Shown: positions 14,095 through 29,430, counted from the first letter of the stretch. The stretch: 64,000 nt of DNA from Octopus vulgaris (GCA_951406725.2 OX597819.1:7874001-7938000), one strand, 5' to 3'. Translations and numbers: made by a program. The notes: generated from the sequence alone by a model not told the origin.

Positions 14095-14158
14095 GCATGT
14101 GTGTATATGTATATATATGTGTGTGTGTGTATGTGTGTATATATATACACACACACAC

Positions 14159-14201
<43 letters not shown>

Positions 14202-14262
14202 CGTATAAGTATATATACATATACATACACGTAATAAACACATATATAGACACACATACATA
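13830..14262. repeat. Compound (CA)n/(TA)n/(CT)n microsatellite block
   Basis: Directly visible. Confidence 0.9.
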
Positions 14263-14319
14263 CAAATATTTAGTATGATTAGAGTGTAAGAAGTTAAGGG
14301 TGAAAACACTCGCGTGCGG

Positions 14320-15127
14320 TGAGTTTCCTCTGTGAAGACTTTCTGTTGTTCAGCAACTCATGAGAGTTCCATACCACTGATACATGGCCTGACCATTGAC
14401 GGGCGGGAAAGACCGCAAAGATTAGACACACAGTCCCTGAGGATAAGTTCCTGGCTTTGTCATTATTATTGTAAGGCTGCGAGTTCCAGCAATAAACAAT
14501 GTTCCCCGGATTCACCGAAAGTGCAACAGAATGATCAATCCGTTGGTAAAATAATCCTTATGACCAAGAATCCACATCGAACTACGAATATAGGACAAAT
14601 GGAATTCCTATCTGTTTGTGGAAGGGGATCGTCCATTTTGCGCGGTATGAGGATTCACAGGTCAGAAAAGGGATGTGCCAGGACTCTGTTGAATGATCTG
14701 CAGTGCATTGCTTTAACATTAAGAGGTCGGAAAACCTAGGCCAGCAGTCAAGCCACACTGCCAAGGGCATCCTTGCTGTTGATTCAGACGAGAAGGTTGT
14801 ACGCACTCTTGAGAGCAGATGCTGTAAATTTACCTTGCTACCTCTGAGTGCAAAAGAAGAATGGGATTCATAGTCTAGAAACAGAATGTACTCATAGGGA
14901 AGAGCACTCAAGGACACAAGCTAGCCCCATTCGGAAACATTGTTTATACAATCTGCAGAGGGGCCTATGGAGTAAGAGAATAAAAAATGAAATCACCTCC
15001 GTAGAAATCCAGACGCCAGGTTGAGACGTATGACCTGAAGAAACAGTTGAATGTTGCCTCGGCATTTATGAAACCAGCATTAGAAAAGGTCTGAAGAACC
15101 TTAAAGCAGGATAGGGTACTCTCAGGA
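14320..15127 (-). pseudogene. Possible degenerate DIRS-type tyrosine recombinase region
   Basis: Higher GC than the flanks. Frameshifted minus-strand peptides NSICPI, ALSVNP, VFPAR and GMELS occur in the order of the YR motifs LCPV..ALFVNP..FP(K)AH. Recognised by eye only. Confidence 0.33.
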
Positions 15128-15219
15128 AAGTAAGAAGAAGAAGAAGAAGAAGGAAAAAAGATTTCAGATTCCTTCTTCACAGACCCCCTTCCAATTCTCC
15201 AGGAAATTTAGTGGTAGGT

Positions 15220-15415
15220 AAAGCGGCAAGCTGGGCAGAATCGTTAGAACGCCGGACGAAATGCTTCACAGCATTTCTTCCGGCTTGACGTTCTTAGTCG
15301 ACTTTACTTGTCGACTTTGCCTAGGTCGACTTTCCTTTTTTATCCTTTCGGGGTCGATAAAACAAGTGCTTTCCCTACCTTAATTTCACGCCTTGTGCAT
15401 GTAATAGAAAAGATA
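15220..15415 (+). mobile_element. SINE family C, degenerate
   Basis: Head gcggcaagctgggcagaatcgttag and ttatcctttcggggtcgataa. Confidence 0.75.
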
Positions 15416-15690
15416 TTTAGTGTCAGGTAGATACCCAATATTATTTATTTGAAGAAAAGAGCAGCGAGCCGGACGAAATGCTTAGTGGTTTTTCGTCCGA
15501 CTTCAAGTTCTGATTTTCGAACGGTAGTTATCAGAGTAGAGATGATCGCACAAAAGAGACTTTCTAAAAATTACAGGGAATCGCAGCAAGGAGTAAGGAA
15601 GCCGGAAAATGAAATTGCTTATCTCAAAATGAAGTTGTGATCGCTTCCTCTTTCTCTCTACAATATTTGCACATGATGATGGATAGACGC

Positions 15691-16525
15691 ATACACACAC
15701 ACATACATACATACATACATACACACACACATACATACATACATACATACATATATACATACATACATACATACATACATACATACATGCATACATACAT
15801 ACATACACACACACATACATACATACACATACATACATAAATACATACATACATACACACACACATACATACATACATACGCACATACATACACATACAT
15901 ACATACATACACGCACACATACATACATACATACACATACATACATACATACATACATACATACATACATACATACATACATACATACATACATACATAC
16001 ATTCATACATACGTACGTACATACATACATACATATTTACATACGTACATACATACATACACGCACACATACATACATACATACATACATACATGCATAC
16101 ATACATACATACATACGTACATACATACATACATACATACGTACATACGTACATACATACATACGTACATACATACGTACGTACATACATACACACACAC
16201 ATACATACATATATACATACATACCTGCATACATACATACATACATACACACATACATACATGCATACATACATACATACATACATACGTACACACATGC
16301 ATACACATACATACATACATACATACATACATGCATACATACATACATACATACATACATACGTACATACATACATACATACATACAAGCATACATACAT
16401 ACATACATACATACATAGATGCATACATACATACATAAATACATACATACATACATACATACATACATACATAAATACATACATACATACATACATACAT
16501 AAATACATACATACATACACACACT
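15691..16525. repeat. ~830-bp (TACA)n tetranucleotide array with variant units
   Basis: Directly visible; source of the MYVC and IHTY ORFs. Confidence 0.95.
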
Positions 16526-16601
16526 CACATAGAGGGAGAGACGCAGTGAGACTCGAGGACGAGGACAGGTAGAAATGATTAAAGCGATTAAGATTCAGAA
16601 T

Positions 16602-16635
<34 letters not shown>

Positions 16636-16884
16636 CAGAGAGACAGAGAGACAGAGAGAGAGATAAGGGGAGAGAAGCATCAGGGGAGGCAAGGATTATG
16701 GAATGTTAGTTTGAGTAATAATAGTAACGTGCAGATTTATAGATGTATGACGCCTTGTGAAGTTGGCCTTATGGAATCTGAAGTCGATTAGCTTATTCAA
16801 GAAAGCGCATACACACACACACACACGCACACACACACACACATTGATGTATGTATGCATATGTAATGAATACCTATCATATGT

Positions 16885-18804
<1,920 letters not shown>

Positions 18805-19282
18805 GCTTTGAACTCTGCGCAAACTATGTAAATGAAAAGATCAACTAAAAAAAATATTCTTGTACTTTGATGGTTTTTCTATACAATAATTTATAGGAAA
18901 ATCATCAAATACAACAATTTTACTATAAACAAAAATAAAGAATTCTGAATGTTTGTCAAAGTTTTTGTTTTCATAATTCAAAACCTGAAACTTTCTCCTT
19001 GATCTTCCGTAAGTAACGAGAATTATAACTTAACAAATTATTTGAATTATCCAGTGGGACGTATTGAATTGCTTTGAAGGTATATATAGCAAATAAATAT
19101 AGATCTGGACCTCCTACGTTCTATCCCATCCATTTATATTCACGTGTAGGTTGAGAGTATTTTAAATATACAGTAAAACTTGGGAAACTCTACGCGCTCT
19201 CTCGACCTGTTAGACTTAGTAGCCAAATTTCCCTCATACCTCTATGTACCACTTTAAACATTAAATATTATAGTCACAAGTT

Positions 19283-19667
19283 GGAAGCACTCCGTCGGTT
19301 ACGACGACGAGGGTTCCGGTTGATCCAAATCAACGGAACAGCCTGCTCGTGAAATTAACGTGTAAGTGGCTGAGCACTCCACAGACACGTGTACCCTTAA
19401 CGTAGTTCTCGGGGATATTCAGCGTGACACAGAGAGTGACAAGGCCGGCCCTTTGAAATACAGGTACAACAGAAACAGGAAGTAAGAGTGAGAGAAAGTT
19501 GTGGTGAAAGAGTACAGCAGGGATCACCACCATCCCCTGCCAGAGCCTCGGGGAACTTTTAGGTGTTTTCGCTCAATAAACACTCACAACGCCCGGTCTG
19601 GGAATCGAAACCGCGATCCTATGACCGCGAGTCCGCTGCCCTAACCACTGGGCCATTGCGCCTCCAC
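19283..19667 (-). mobile_element. SINE family A, full length (inserted in a family G copy)
   Basis: TSD AGTCACAAGTT at 19272-19282 and 19668-19678. Confidence 0.92.
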
Positions 19668-20062
19668 AGTCACAAGTTATGCCGTGTCTGAATGAAACAC
19701 AGGGTGGTCATAAGTGGATTATCATTGACAGTAGCTTTGCTTCATAAATGTTGATCTGGGAGCTAACCAACAGCATAGTGATGTATGAAGCCTGGGTATA
19801 AAGGGTTTAAAATGAAAAATATTGTCTATCAACGTACTCCTATTGAAATTTTCAGTGACACTGAAAAGTTTCAGGAATTCGTATAGCTAACTTGCTAAGT
19901 GCTTGTGGGAACCAATCCAGAAAGTCAAATGGATCGGCACGGTAATGGTGTTGTCTATATGGCACGTATGAATGACGAAGCCACCTTGACTATGATTCTA
20001 TGAACCGTAAAAATTAATACGGAGAGTTGCTTATTTGCAAAAAAAAAAAAAAAAAAAAAATA

Positions 20063-20392
20063 TAACATGTGACTTCATTGACCGAGGTTACCGTGGTCTT
20101 TTCCGTAGGCTTTTCTTTCCACGGGTAAACCTCATCTGTCCTCCCCTTTACACTTCATATTGACAATTCTGTGATAACGATCCCTATTGATCAATTTTTT
20201 TTTCCTTTCCCTTTTTTTTCCTCCCCCCCCTTTTTTTTTTCAAAATTTTATTTCCCCCTTTTTTTGTCCTCTTTCTTTCCCTTTACGATCCATTTTGATC
20301 GAAAACCAAACCCCCTTTTTTACCCCCGAAAGAAAAGCTCTACCTTGTAATTTGTCCTGTCTGTGTGCAGCCCTGTGTAGCTAATAAAGAAA
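20063..20392 (+). mobile_element. Probable LINE 3' UTR fragment sharing its tail with SINE C
   Basis: Pyrimidine-rich and ends in AATAAAGAAA. The last 42 nt are 33/42 identical to the SINE C tail. Confidence 0.5.
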
Positions 20393-20637
20393 CATATTTT
20401 CTGTTACTGCGAAACATTCATTTCGGTCGTCTCTTTCTTAGGCCTTCTAATTCTTAGCGATATCATTTATCACAGTAATTAAGAAGTCGGTGGCTTGATA
20501 ATTTTACACAGGAGGTTCAATACTGGTTGTAATTAGGATCACCTACGAACTGATGTGAACTGATGTAGCAGACGGGTATCAATTTGCATCATGTGCGTAG
20601 CTACAGAACTGTCGTTATTAGTTATTCGAAGGAAAAG

Positions 20638-20970
20638 CCAGCGAGCAGGTAGAAACATTCGCAAACCGAGTGAAATGCTTTGTGGCGTTTGGTCCGTCTT
20701 CACGTTCTGAGTTCAAACTCCGCCGAGGTCGACTTTGCTCTTCATCCTTTCGGAATCGAAAATTTAAAATTATTTATTTGAAGATGGCAAGACTCGTTAA
20801 GCACGCCGGACAAAATGCTCAGCGGCATTTCTTCCGACTATTCCCGTTCTGAGTTTGAATTCAGCCAAAGTTGACTTTGCCGTTCATCCATCCCAGTTGA
20901 ACACTGGGGTCGATGTAATCGACTTACCCCTCCCTTAACATTGCAGGCCTTGTGTTAAAATTTGAAGCCA
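20638..20970 (+). mobile_element. Two tandem degenerate SINE C copies
   Basis: Two heads and two gtcgactttgc...ttcatcc-like motifs. Confidence 0.7.
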
Positions 20971-21104
20971 TTATTATTTATTTGATGCTTGTTATTCGCA
21001 TAATCATTAAACCAGTTTCTTCAGGTGGATAAATGAATTCCACTACAGGTATTTGTATAGGATGTTGTATATCTCGTTTGTATAACCTAACTTTTATATA
21101 TATA

Positions 21105-22381
21105 CAGGGGTTGGACAAAATAATGGAAACATCTAGCATCATAGCATCATAATTTTGAAATATCTATAAAACTGTCAAAAGCTTGTTTATTTTTATGTTT
21201 TTTTTAATTTATTATTAGTGTTGCCTAATATGTTTTGCTAAATCTCTGTTTCTTTTCAGATATCATCAGAAAAAGGTAATTAAAATTCATTAAAATGACA
21301 GATCTATCGGACTTTCAAAGCGGTCAAATTGTTGGTGCTCGTATGGCAGGCGCTAGCGTAATGAACACAGCCGAAATATTTGGTGTATCAAGAAGTACTG
21401 TCTAAAAAGTAATGACAGCCTTTGAAAAAGAGGGAAAAAACCTCCTCGTCGAAACAAAACTCCGGAAGAAAACCAAAACTTTCAGATAGGGATCGTCGGA
21501 CTCTTACGCGAATTGTTAGAAAGGATCACAAACGTACAGCTTCCAAAATTACTGCAGAGCTTAATGAACGCCTCGGAAACCCAGTTTCCATAAAAACTGT
21601 TCGCCAGGAGCTGCACAAAGCCGGATTTCACGGGCGGGGGGAGCTGCAATCAGAAAACCACTACTTTCAAACAAACGTTGCAAAGCGTTTAGAGTAGAGT
21701 AAAAACCTACAGAATTGGTCCCCAGAGCAGTGGAAGAATGTTATTTTCTCGAACGAGTAATCCTTTACCTTATATCAGACCACCGGCCGAGTATACGCGT
21801 AGAGACAGCCAAAAGAATCATTTTACCCAGACTACCTTCTTCCAACTGTTAAACATGGAGGAGGATCTGTGATGATCTGGGGGCGGTATATCTTGGAAAT
21901 CCGCCGACCCGATGGTTTCCTTTCATAGCAGAATTAACAGTCAAGACTATTTAAGCATTTTATCTGATCAAATTCATCCTATGGTTGCGGAACTGCTTCC
22001 GGAGGGAAACGCAATCTTTCAGGATGACTATGCACCAATTCACACAGATAAATTTGTTACTGAATGGCACGAGGAACATTCTAGTGAAATTGAACATCTT
22101 ATTTGGCCACCACAGTCCCCAGATCTCAATATTATTGAACATTTATGGTGCATTTTAGAAAAACAAGTGAGGAGTCGATATACTTCACCATCATCACTAC
22201 AAGATCTGGAGACTGTTTTAGCTGAAGAATGGACAAAAATTCCTTTGGAAACAATTCAAACTTTGTATGGGTCCATACCTTGTAGAATTCAAGCTGTAAT
22301 TACTGCCAAAGGTGGCCCTACCTCATATTAAAATTAATTTGTTTGAAATTTTAAGATTTTCCATTATTTTGTTCAACCCCT

Positions 22382-22383
<2 letters not shown>
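21105..22383 (+). mobile_element. Full-length decayed Tc1-superfamily transposon, DD36E type
   Basis: TIRs CAGGGGTTGGACAAAATAATGGAAA / TTTCCATTATTTTGTTCAACCCCTTG, TA flanks, 1279 bp. Confidence 0.93.
21295..22331 (+). pseudogene. Tc1 transposase pseudogene (stops and frameshifts)
   Basis: MTDLSDFQSGQIVGAR..., [47 protein letters not shown]. 36 residues between the second catalytic D and E. Confidence 0.92.
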
Positions 22384-22444
<61 letters not shown>

Positions 22445-22452
<8 letters not shown>

Positions 22453-22552
22453 ATATTTCGGAATGGTCATTTTGCCAGTTTAGCCAATAAAAACACACGC
22501 ACTATATATTTGGCTAAACTGGCAAAATGACCATTCCGAAATATAACAATAT
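22445..22552. repeat. 43-bp perfect inverted repeat, 22-bp spacer, at the edge of (TA)n (Penelope-like inverted end)
   Basis: Arms at 22445-22487 and 22510-22552 are reverse complements. Confidence 0.8.
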
Positions 22553-22616
22553 CTGTTTCAACACACGACTTCACATAAAAAATCTTGCACAACAAATATT
22601 TAAACGTATATATATA

Positions 22617-23033
22617 CGGGATGGTGCAAAAGTTTGGACCAATAGACAGTTTATTATATAACAATTTACGGTTTAGAATAAGTGTTCAAGCTGATTCCTA
22701 CCTTCTTCCAAACATAATTTTTGCACGTTTCTCAGCATAGATTTATTCCCTCTTATGGTTTCAATTATGTGTGATGTTATCTTTTAGTACTTGCAATGTT
22801 CTTGGTCTTTACTCTATTACTTGTTTCAGTCATTTGACTGTGGCCATGCTGGAGCACCGCCTTTTAGTCGAGAAAATCGACCCCACGACTTATTCTTTGT
22901 AAGCCTAGTATTTATTCTATCGGTTTCTTTCGCCGAACCGCTAAGTTACGGGGATGTAAACTCACCAGCATTGGTTGTCAAGCGATGTTGGGGGAGGGGA
23001 AAACACCGACACACAAAATATACATACACATAC

Positions 23034-23086
<53 letters not shown>

Positions 23087-23177
23087 AATCAAAATAAAAA
23101 CATGATGCCAAGGATTCAGCGGTACATATGTTTCGGGCCTTTATTAGACGGATTTATAACAATGCATAATGAATTTC

Positions 23178-23246
<69 letters not shown>

Positions 23247-23515
23247 GACGGGCTTCTTTCAGTTTCTGTCTATCATAAGCCATTGTTAGCATAAGCCACT
23301 GATTTAAGATATCCCCTTAAGAAAAAAATATTAAGGACTCAAATCCGGAGATTTTGGGGCCATTCAATCGGTTTTTGACGTCCAATTTATTTTCTTGGTA
23401 ATGTATTGTCCTCCAAAACTGCGCACATCTTTCGTATTATGTAGCGGAACCCCATCCTGCTGAAACCCCATATCTCATAAGTGTCGAGCTGAGGTAACTC
23501 TTGTTGAAGAATGAT
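22617..23515 (-). pseudogene. mariner-like (rosa/DD41D-type) transposase relic with 3' terminus, split by a B SINE
   Basis: Minus-strand peptides FQQDGVPLH..IGRQKPIEW..SPDLSP..GYLKSVAYAN, PRTLQVLKDNIT, and CLEEGRNQLEHLF*. Ends ...CCATCCCG-TA at 22617. Confidence 0.78.
22806..23272 (-). mobile_element. SINE family B, 5'-truncated, with a ~95-bp insert in its (TA)n tract
   Basis: B tail and body. The insert at ~23082-23178 carries GAAACATATGTA on the minus strand. Confidence 0.85.
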
Positions 23516-23735
23516 TTATAAAACCAAACAAAAACAAACGCTACAACTCAAAATATAAAAATATACAAGTTACAAATAAAGCGCATGGTTAAATTCCATT
23601 TAAAAACTAAAAAAAACCATACCGACGGGCTCCGTGTCTCTCCCATTGTCAAAAAAAGAGTCATGAATTTATTTTGGTATTGATGAAAATGTGTCTCAGA
23701 AGTGTTCTATAAACAAAGAGTGACCAAATACTTAA

Positions 23736-24140
23736 TAGGCGCAGGAGTGGCTGTGTTGTTAGAAGCTTGCTAACCAACCACATGGTTTCGGGTTCAGTCC
23801 CACTGCGTGGCATCTTGGGCAAGTGTCTTCTGCTATAGCCCCCGGCCGACCAATGCCTTGTGAGTGGATTTGGTAGACGGAAACTGAAAGAAGCCTGTCG
23901 TATATATATATATGTATGTGTGTGTGTGTTTGTGTGTCTGTGTTTTTGTTCCCCTAGCATTGCTTGACAACCGATGCTGGTGTGTTTACGTCCCCGTTAC
24001 TTAGCGGTTCGGCAAAAGAGACCGATAGAATAAGTACTGGGCTTACAAAGAATAAGTCCCGGGGTCGACTAAAGGCGGTGCTCCAGCATGGCCGCAGTCA
24101 AATGACTGAAACAAGTAAAAGAGTAAAAAAGAAAAGAGAG
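23736..24140 (+). mobile_element. SINE family B, full length
   Basis: tRNA-like head, CORE-like GTGGCATCTTGGGCAAGTG, internal microsatellite and (GAGTAAAA)-like tail. Confidence 0.92.
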
Positions 24141-24482
24141 TAATAGATATGCCCATGCAAAGCCGACATTGGATCACTCGACCCATTTGACATAACAGCC
24201 AAATCTGCATCAAATCACAGCTTTTGAACATTCGAAATATGCCATATAAGAATAAAAGTTATCATGTAGTGTAATCCTGGGGATGCTATTAAAAAAATGA
24301 GTTGGTCATGGCTGGAATATCTTTCAGCATAGGTCTTCAAAGATAATCTGGGGTAAAACAACGCAACAACAACAAATCCTGGTTGTATGTCAGTGGATGT
24401 ACGAACCATTGGAATGGTCCCAATTAGCAGAAATGGATCTGGTGCTCTCGCTCACCGTTGCTGCGACGGAATCTCGCTTCTC

Positions 24483-24505
24483 TATTATTATTATTATTAT
24501 TATTA

Positions 24506-24597
<92 letters not shown>

Positions 24598-24600
24598 AAT
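24483..24600. repeat. (TTA)n microsatellite
   Basis: Directly visible. Confidence 0.95.
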
Positions 24601-24810
24601 AATATCATTAGTATTAGTATTTGATCACAGCAAGTCCATAAGAGATATCTCATGAGAAAAAAGTGCAGTAATTGCCCTATCGACAGTGGGTATACATTAA
24701 GTATGATGTATAGATGGCTATTTTAATTTAGTTCTATTTCGATGGCGTATACCGGTTATATCAGTGTGTACGTAAAAGTAAGCATTTGTTTATATATATA
24801 TATATATATA

Positions 24811-25309
24811 TCTTTATATATAAAAGAGAAGTTGTGTGTCTGTCTCCTACGATTTAGATTCCTAACTACTCCCACATTTTGCGGTGCAGCTTAACCAAAA
24901 CCGGGTATCTTATAGTCGTGATTCATATCGAGCCCTTCTGGGTATTAGCGCGCGTCTACGATGAGTCTACGATTAAAAAAAAAATTACCATCAATTTTTC
25001 CCATTTTTAATGCATTTTTTTCGCTATTATATAAGGGAAGTAACTCTCTAAAAATGTCTACGATGAGTCAACGATTTAAAAAATAATTTACCATCATTTT
25101 TTTCCATTTTAATGCATTTTTCGCTATTATATAAGGGAAGTAACTCTCTAAAAATGTCTACGATGAGTCAACGATTTAAAAAAAAATTTACCATAATTTT
25201 TGTTCCATTTTTAATGTATGTTTTTGCTATTTTTTGGCTATAACTCTCTAAAAATGCTTATATAGTTATTTCCCTTACAAACCCGAGCAACGCCGGGCGA
25301 TACTGCTAG
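24811..25309 (+). mobile_element. Non-autonomous Helitron, copy 2 (3 internal repeat units), inserted in (TA)n
   Basis: TC...hairpin...CTAG|T; 499 bp. Confidence 0.88.
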
Positions 25310-25341
25310 TATATATATATATATATAAAACATAGGGTATA

Positions 25342-25407
<66 letters not shown>

Positions 25408-25754
25408 TATGTACATGCATACAGCATATATGTACATTCATACACAAAAAGATCTACGTATACACGCACTGTATCATTCTGTGACACAGTGCATATTAGA
25501 TTCGCATATATTGCATATCTATGCATGTAACTAAACTGCACGCATGAAATATTTCTTGCATATATATTATTTGGAATTAGTTATATCGATCCCCTTATCA
25601 TATTTAATAAACTGTTCTGTTATTATTTTCTGATTTCTGGTCTAACTTTGAAGCAAATTCTCTCAATTCATTTTGATGGCCAACTTCCAGTAATATTAGT
25701 TTTCATTTACGAGCTGCAAAAGGCGAAACTGTTGGATGAACTATTGCATTATAA

Positions 25755-25930
25755 TGTTGGTAAGTCGATTACTTCGCCCCTAGTGCTCAGTTGGTACTTA
25801 TTTTATCGATCACTAAAGACGAAGGGCAAAGTCGACCCTGGCGGAATTTGAAATCAGAATATGCAGACGGCTGAAAGTGCCGCTTACCATTTTCTCCGGC
25901 ATGCCAGCGATTCTGCCAACTCGTCACCTT
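25755..25930 (-). mobile_element. SINE family C, degenerate
   Basis: Matches the reverse complement of C. Confidence 0.72.
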
Positions 25931-26101
25931 AACTTCCCATAATATTTATGTCTATAATATATCACATAGGTCCTTCTATATTAACCTCAAGAGCTTCTAC
26001 ATAGACCCTTGTTTTGCTAGATATGACAGCCAAATCCACAGGAAATCCTATCCTGCCGCCTAAAAAATTCAAACATTGGATAAGATGTTAGTTAAACTGA
26101 G

Positions 26102-26266
26102 CGCGCAGGAGTGGCTGTGTGGTAAGTAGCTTGCTAACCAACCACATGGTTCCGGGTTCAGTCCCACTGCGTGGCATCTTGGGCAAGTGTCTTCTGCTAT
26201 AGCCCCGGGCCGACCGATGCCTTGTGAGTGGATTTGGTAGACGGAAACTGAAAGAAGCCTGTCGTA

Positions 26267-26355
<89 letters not shown>

Positions 26356-26563
26356 TTGTGTGTCTGTGTTTGTCCCCCTAGCATTGCTTGACAACCGATG
26401 CTGGTGTGTATACGTCCCCGTCACCTAGCGGTCCGGCAAAAGAGACCGATAGAATAAGTACTGGACTTACAAAGAATAAGTCCCGGGGTCGATTTGCTCC
26501 ACTAAAGGCGGTGCTCCAGCATTGCCGCAGGTAAATGACTGAAACAAGTAAAAGAGTAAAAGA
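26102..26563 (+). mobile_element. SINE family B, full length, expanded internal (TA)n
   Basis: Matches the B consensus. Confidence 0.92.
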
Positions 26564-26822
26564 GCAAATGAATAAAATAAGTCAGAATGAATATTTATTA
26601 CAGATCTGCTTTATCAGATTTGCCCTGGGTTAAACTACAACAACGAAACAACATTAACAGTACCAATATCTACATCATTATCATCAGTAACATTAACTGC
26701 ATTACATGCGACTACAACAGTGACAGCAACAGTTGGAACAATCATATTTCGGCCTCCGTCTTACACGTGAATCATTCATAGACATAAAAATATGATTTCA
26801 TACACTGAGCTGTGTGAAACAT

Positions 26823-27207
26823 GGAAGCACTCCGTCGGTTACGACGACGAGGGTTCCGGTTGATCCGAATCAAAGGAACAGCCTGCTCGTGAAATTAACG
26901 TGTAAGTGGCTGAGTACTCCACAGACACGTGTACCCTTAACGTAGTTCTCGGGGATATTCAGCGTGACACAGAGAGTGACAAGGCCGGTCCTTTGAAATA
27001 CAGGTACAACAGAAACAGGAAGTAAGAGTGAGAGAAATTTGTGGTGAAAGAGTACAGCAGGGATCACCACCATCCCCTGCCGGAGCCTCGTGGAGCTTTT
27101 AGGTGTTTTCGCTCAATAAACACTCACAACGCCCGGTCTGGGAATCGAAACCGCGATCCTATGACCGCGAGTCCGCTGCCCTAACCACTGGGCCATTGCG
27201 CCTCCAC
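26823..27207 (-). mobile_element. SINE family A, full length
   Basis: TSD GTGTGAAACAT at 26812-26822 and 27208-27218. Confidence 0.92.
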
Positions 27208-27646
27208 GTGTGAAACATACAAGTATAAGAAAACAAGAATAAGCCTAGAAATAGTTGTTTTGTCTCATTCACGCACACTCACACACACACACACACATAC
27301 ACATACACATACACACACACCGTTATCAAATACATGCGCACACTCATATATTATATAAATATATATATATATATATGTATATATATACATGGGCAGATGT
27401 ATGCATGCCTTTGTATATGTATGAATATGTGTGAATGTGTGTATACTTAAGCATGTATATATGTATGCGTGTAAATATATGTGTGTGTGTATGCGCCTGT
27501 GGTATGTGTACACATACGAACACATTTATTTACTCGTTTATTTTACGCATACTTCATTGTCTCCAAAGTTTTATGATTATGAATAATACATGGATTTCAT
27601 GTTCTATTTCTGAACGAGACTCACTTTTCATCCCACGTCTACCGCT

Positions 27647-27649
<3 letters not shown>

Positions 27650-27725
<76 letters not shown>

Positions 27726-27748
27726 TACATGTACACACACACATATAA

Positions 27749-27805
<57 letters not shown>

Positions 27806-27998
27806 CATGTACACACACATATAAACATTATATATATATTATATATATGTATATATTTAGGCATGCATACACACACGTACATATATATATATATATGAAA
27901 GTATTTGTACAAAATGTATGTATATTTAATATACCTATGTTTGTTTTATTTCTCTTTCTACATATCTAACCTGCTATTTACGTACATACATGCATACA

Positions 27999-28053
<55 letters not shown>

Positions 28054-28128
28054 GTACATATATACAAACATAGATACATACATACATATATGCATACATA
28101 CATGTATATATATATATATATTTATATA

Positions 28129-28180
<52 letters not shown>

Positions 28181-28200
28181 CATACATTCATACATTCACA
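27650..28200. repeat. (TA)n/(CA)n microsatellite mosaic
   Basis: Directly visible. Confidence 0.9.
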
Positions 28201-28671
28201 TATACCAATTATTATATTTATTATATTTGCATCTATATTAAAAGGATTGTTCATATGTATACAATTATTAATATCACCACAGAAGGAAAGATAGGCAGAG
28301 AGAGAGAGAGAGAGAATAGAGAGAGAGTAAAAGTTAATTTTCAGATTACGTAATATATGCATTCATATACATACATACAAATATGCATGCATACGAATAT
28401 AACTACATACATATAAAAGTGGATAGCCAGACACGATGCCATACACTCATGCATTTATACCAATGTGCTTAAATAAAATTAACAGCCGCATAATACAACA
28501 AGCAAAACGTGTGTCTATACCTTCATATACACCCACCCGTACCCGTACCCGTTCACACCTGACAGCAATACAGCTTTATACATTTATTCAGGTATTTCCA
28601 TTCAACACTTCTATTATGCAATCAAGTTGACCACTACAGTTTCTTACTCGTTCGACATGCACTAAAATATG

Positions 28672-29060
28672 GTGGAGGCGCAATGGCCCAGTGGTTAGGG
28701 CAGCGGACTCGCGGTCATAGGATCGCGGTTTCGATTCCCAGACCGGGCGTAGTGAGTGTTTATTGAACGAAAACACCTAAGAAGCTCCACGAGGCTCCGG
28801 CAGGGGATGGTGGTGATCCCTGCTGTACTCTTTCACCACAACTTTCTCTCACTCTTACTTCCTGTTTCTGTTGTACCTGTATTTCAAAGGGACCGGCCTT
28901 GTCACTCCCTGTGTCACGCTGAATATCCCCGAGAACTACGTTAAGGGTACACGTGTCTGTGGAGTGCTCAGCCACTTACACGTTAATTTCACGAGCAGGC
29001 TGTTCCGTTGATCGGATCAACCGGAACCCTCGTCGTCGTAACCGACGGAGTGCTTCCACA
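28672..29060 (+). mobile_element. SINE family A, full length
   Basis: TSD CACTAAAATATG at 28660-28671 and 29061-29072. Confidence 0.92.
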
Positions 29061-29430
29061 CACTAAAATATGCATATCTAATGCCCATTCATATATGCAG
29101 TGCAGTTGCATATACAACAGATATACACTTCCTACGTCATACAGCGCCATTAGACTAGCGTATTCCAGTTCATTCATTCCAACTCGTTTATTTAAATGCT
29201 TCATGAAAACTTGAAAAATACACCAGAGACTTTCTATGAATGAATATAAAAAAAATATCGATGTCGTTTTGCATAGAAACACGTTAACATTCCTTGGGGA
29301 CATGCTCATAATAATAATTACCATATATTTAAGTGTTTTCTGTCTTTTGTTTGTATATGTGTGTGTGTTCGTGTGCGTGTGTACGAGCGTGTGTGCGTGT
29401 GTGTTTGAGTGTGTGTGTTTATTTGCGCGC

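Noticed and set aside
15503-16572. Long ORFs up to 298 aa (MYVC/IHTY repeats) and similar YI, poly-I, poly-N, poly-M and poly-D ORFs elsewhere
   Set aside because: Stop-free translations of microsatellites.
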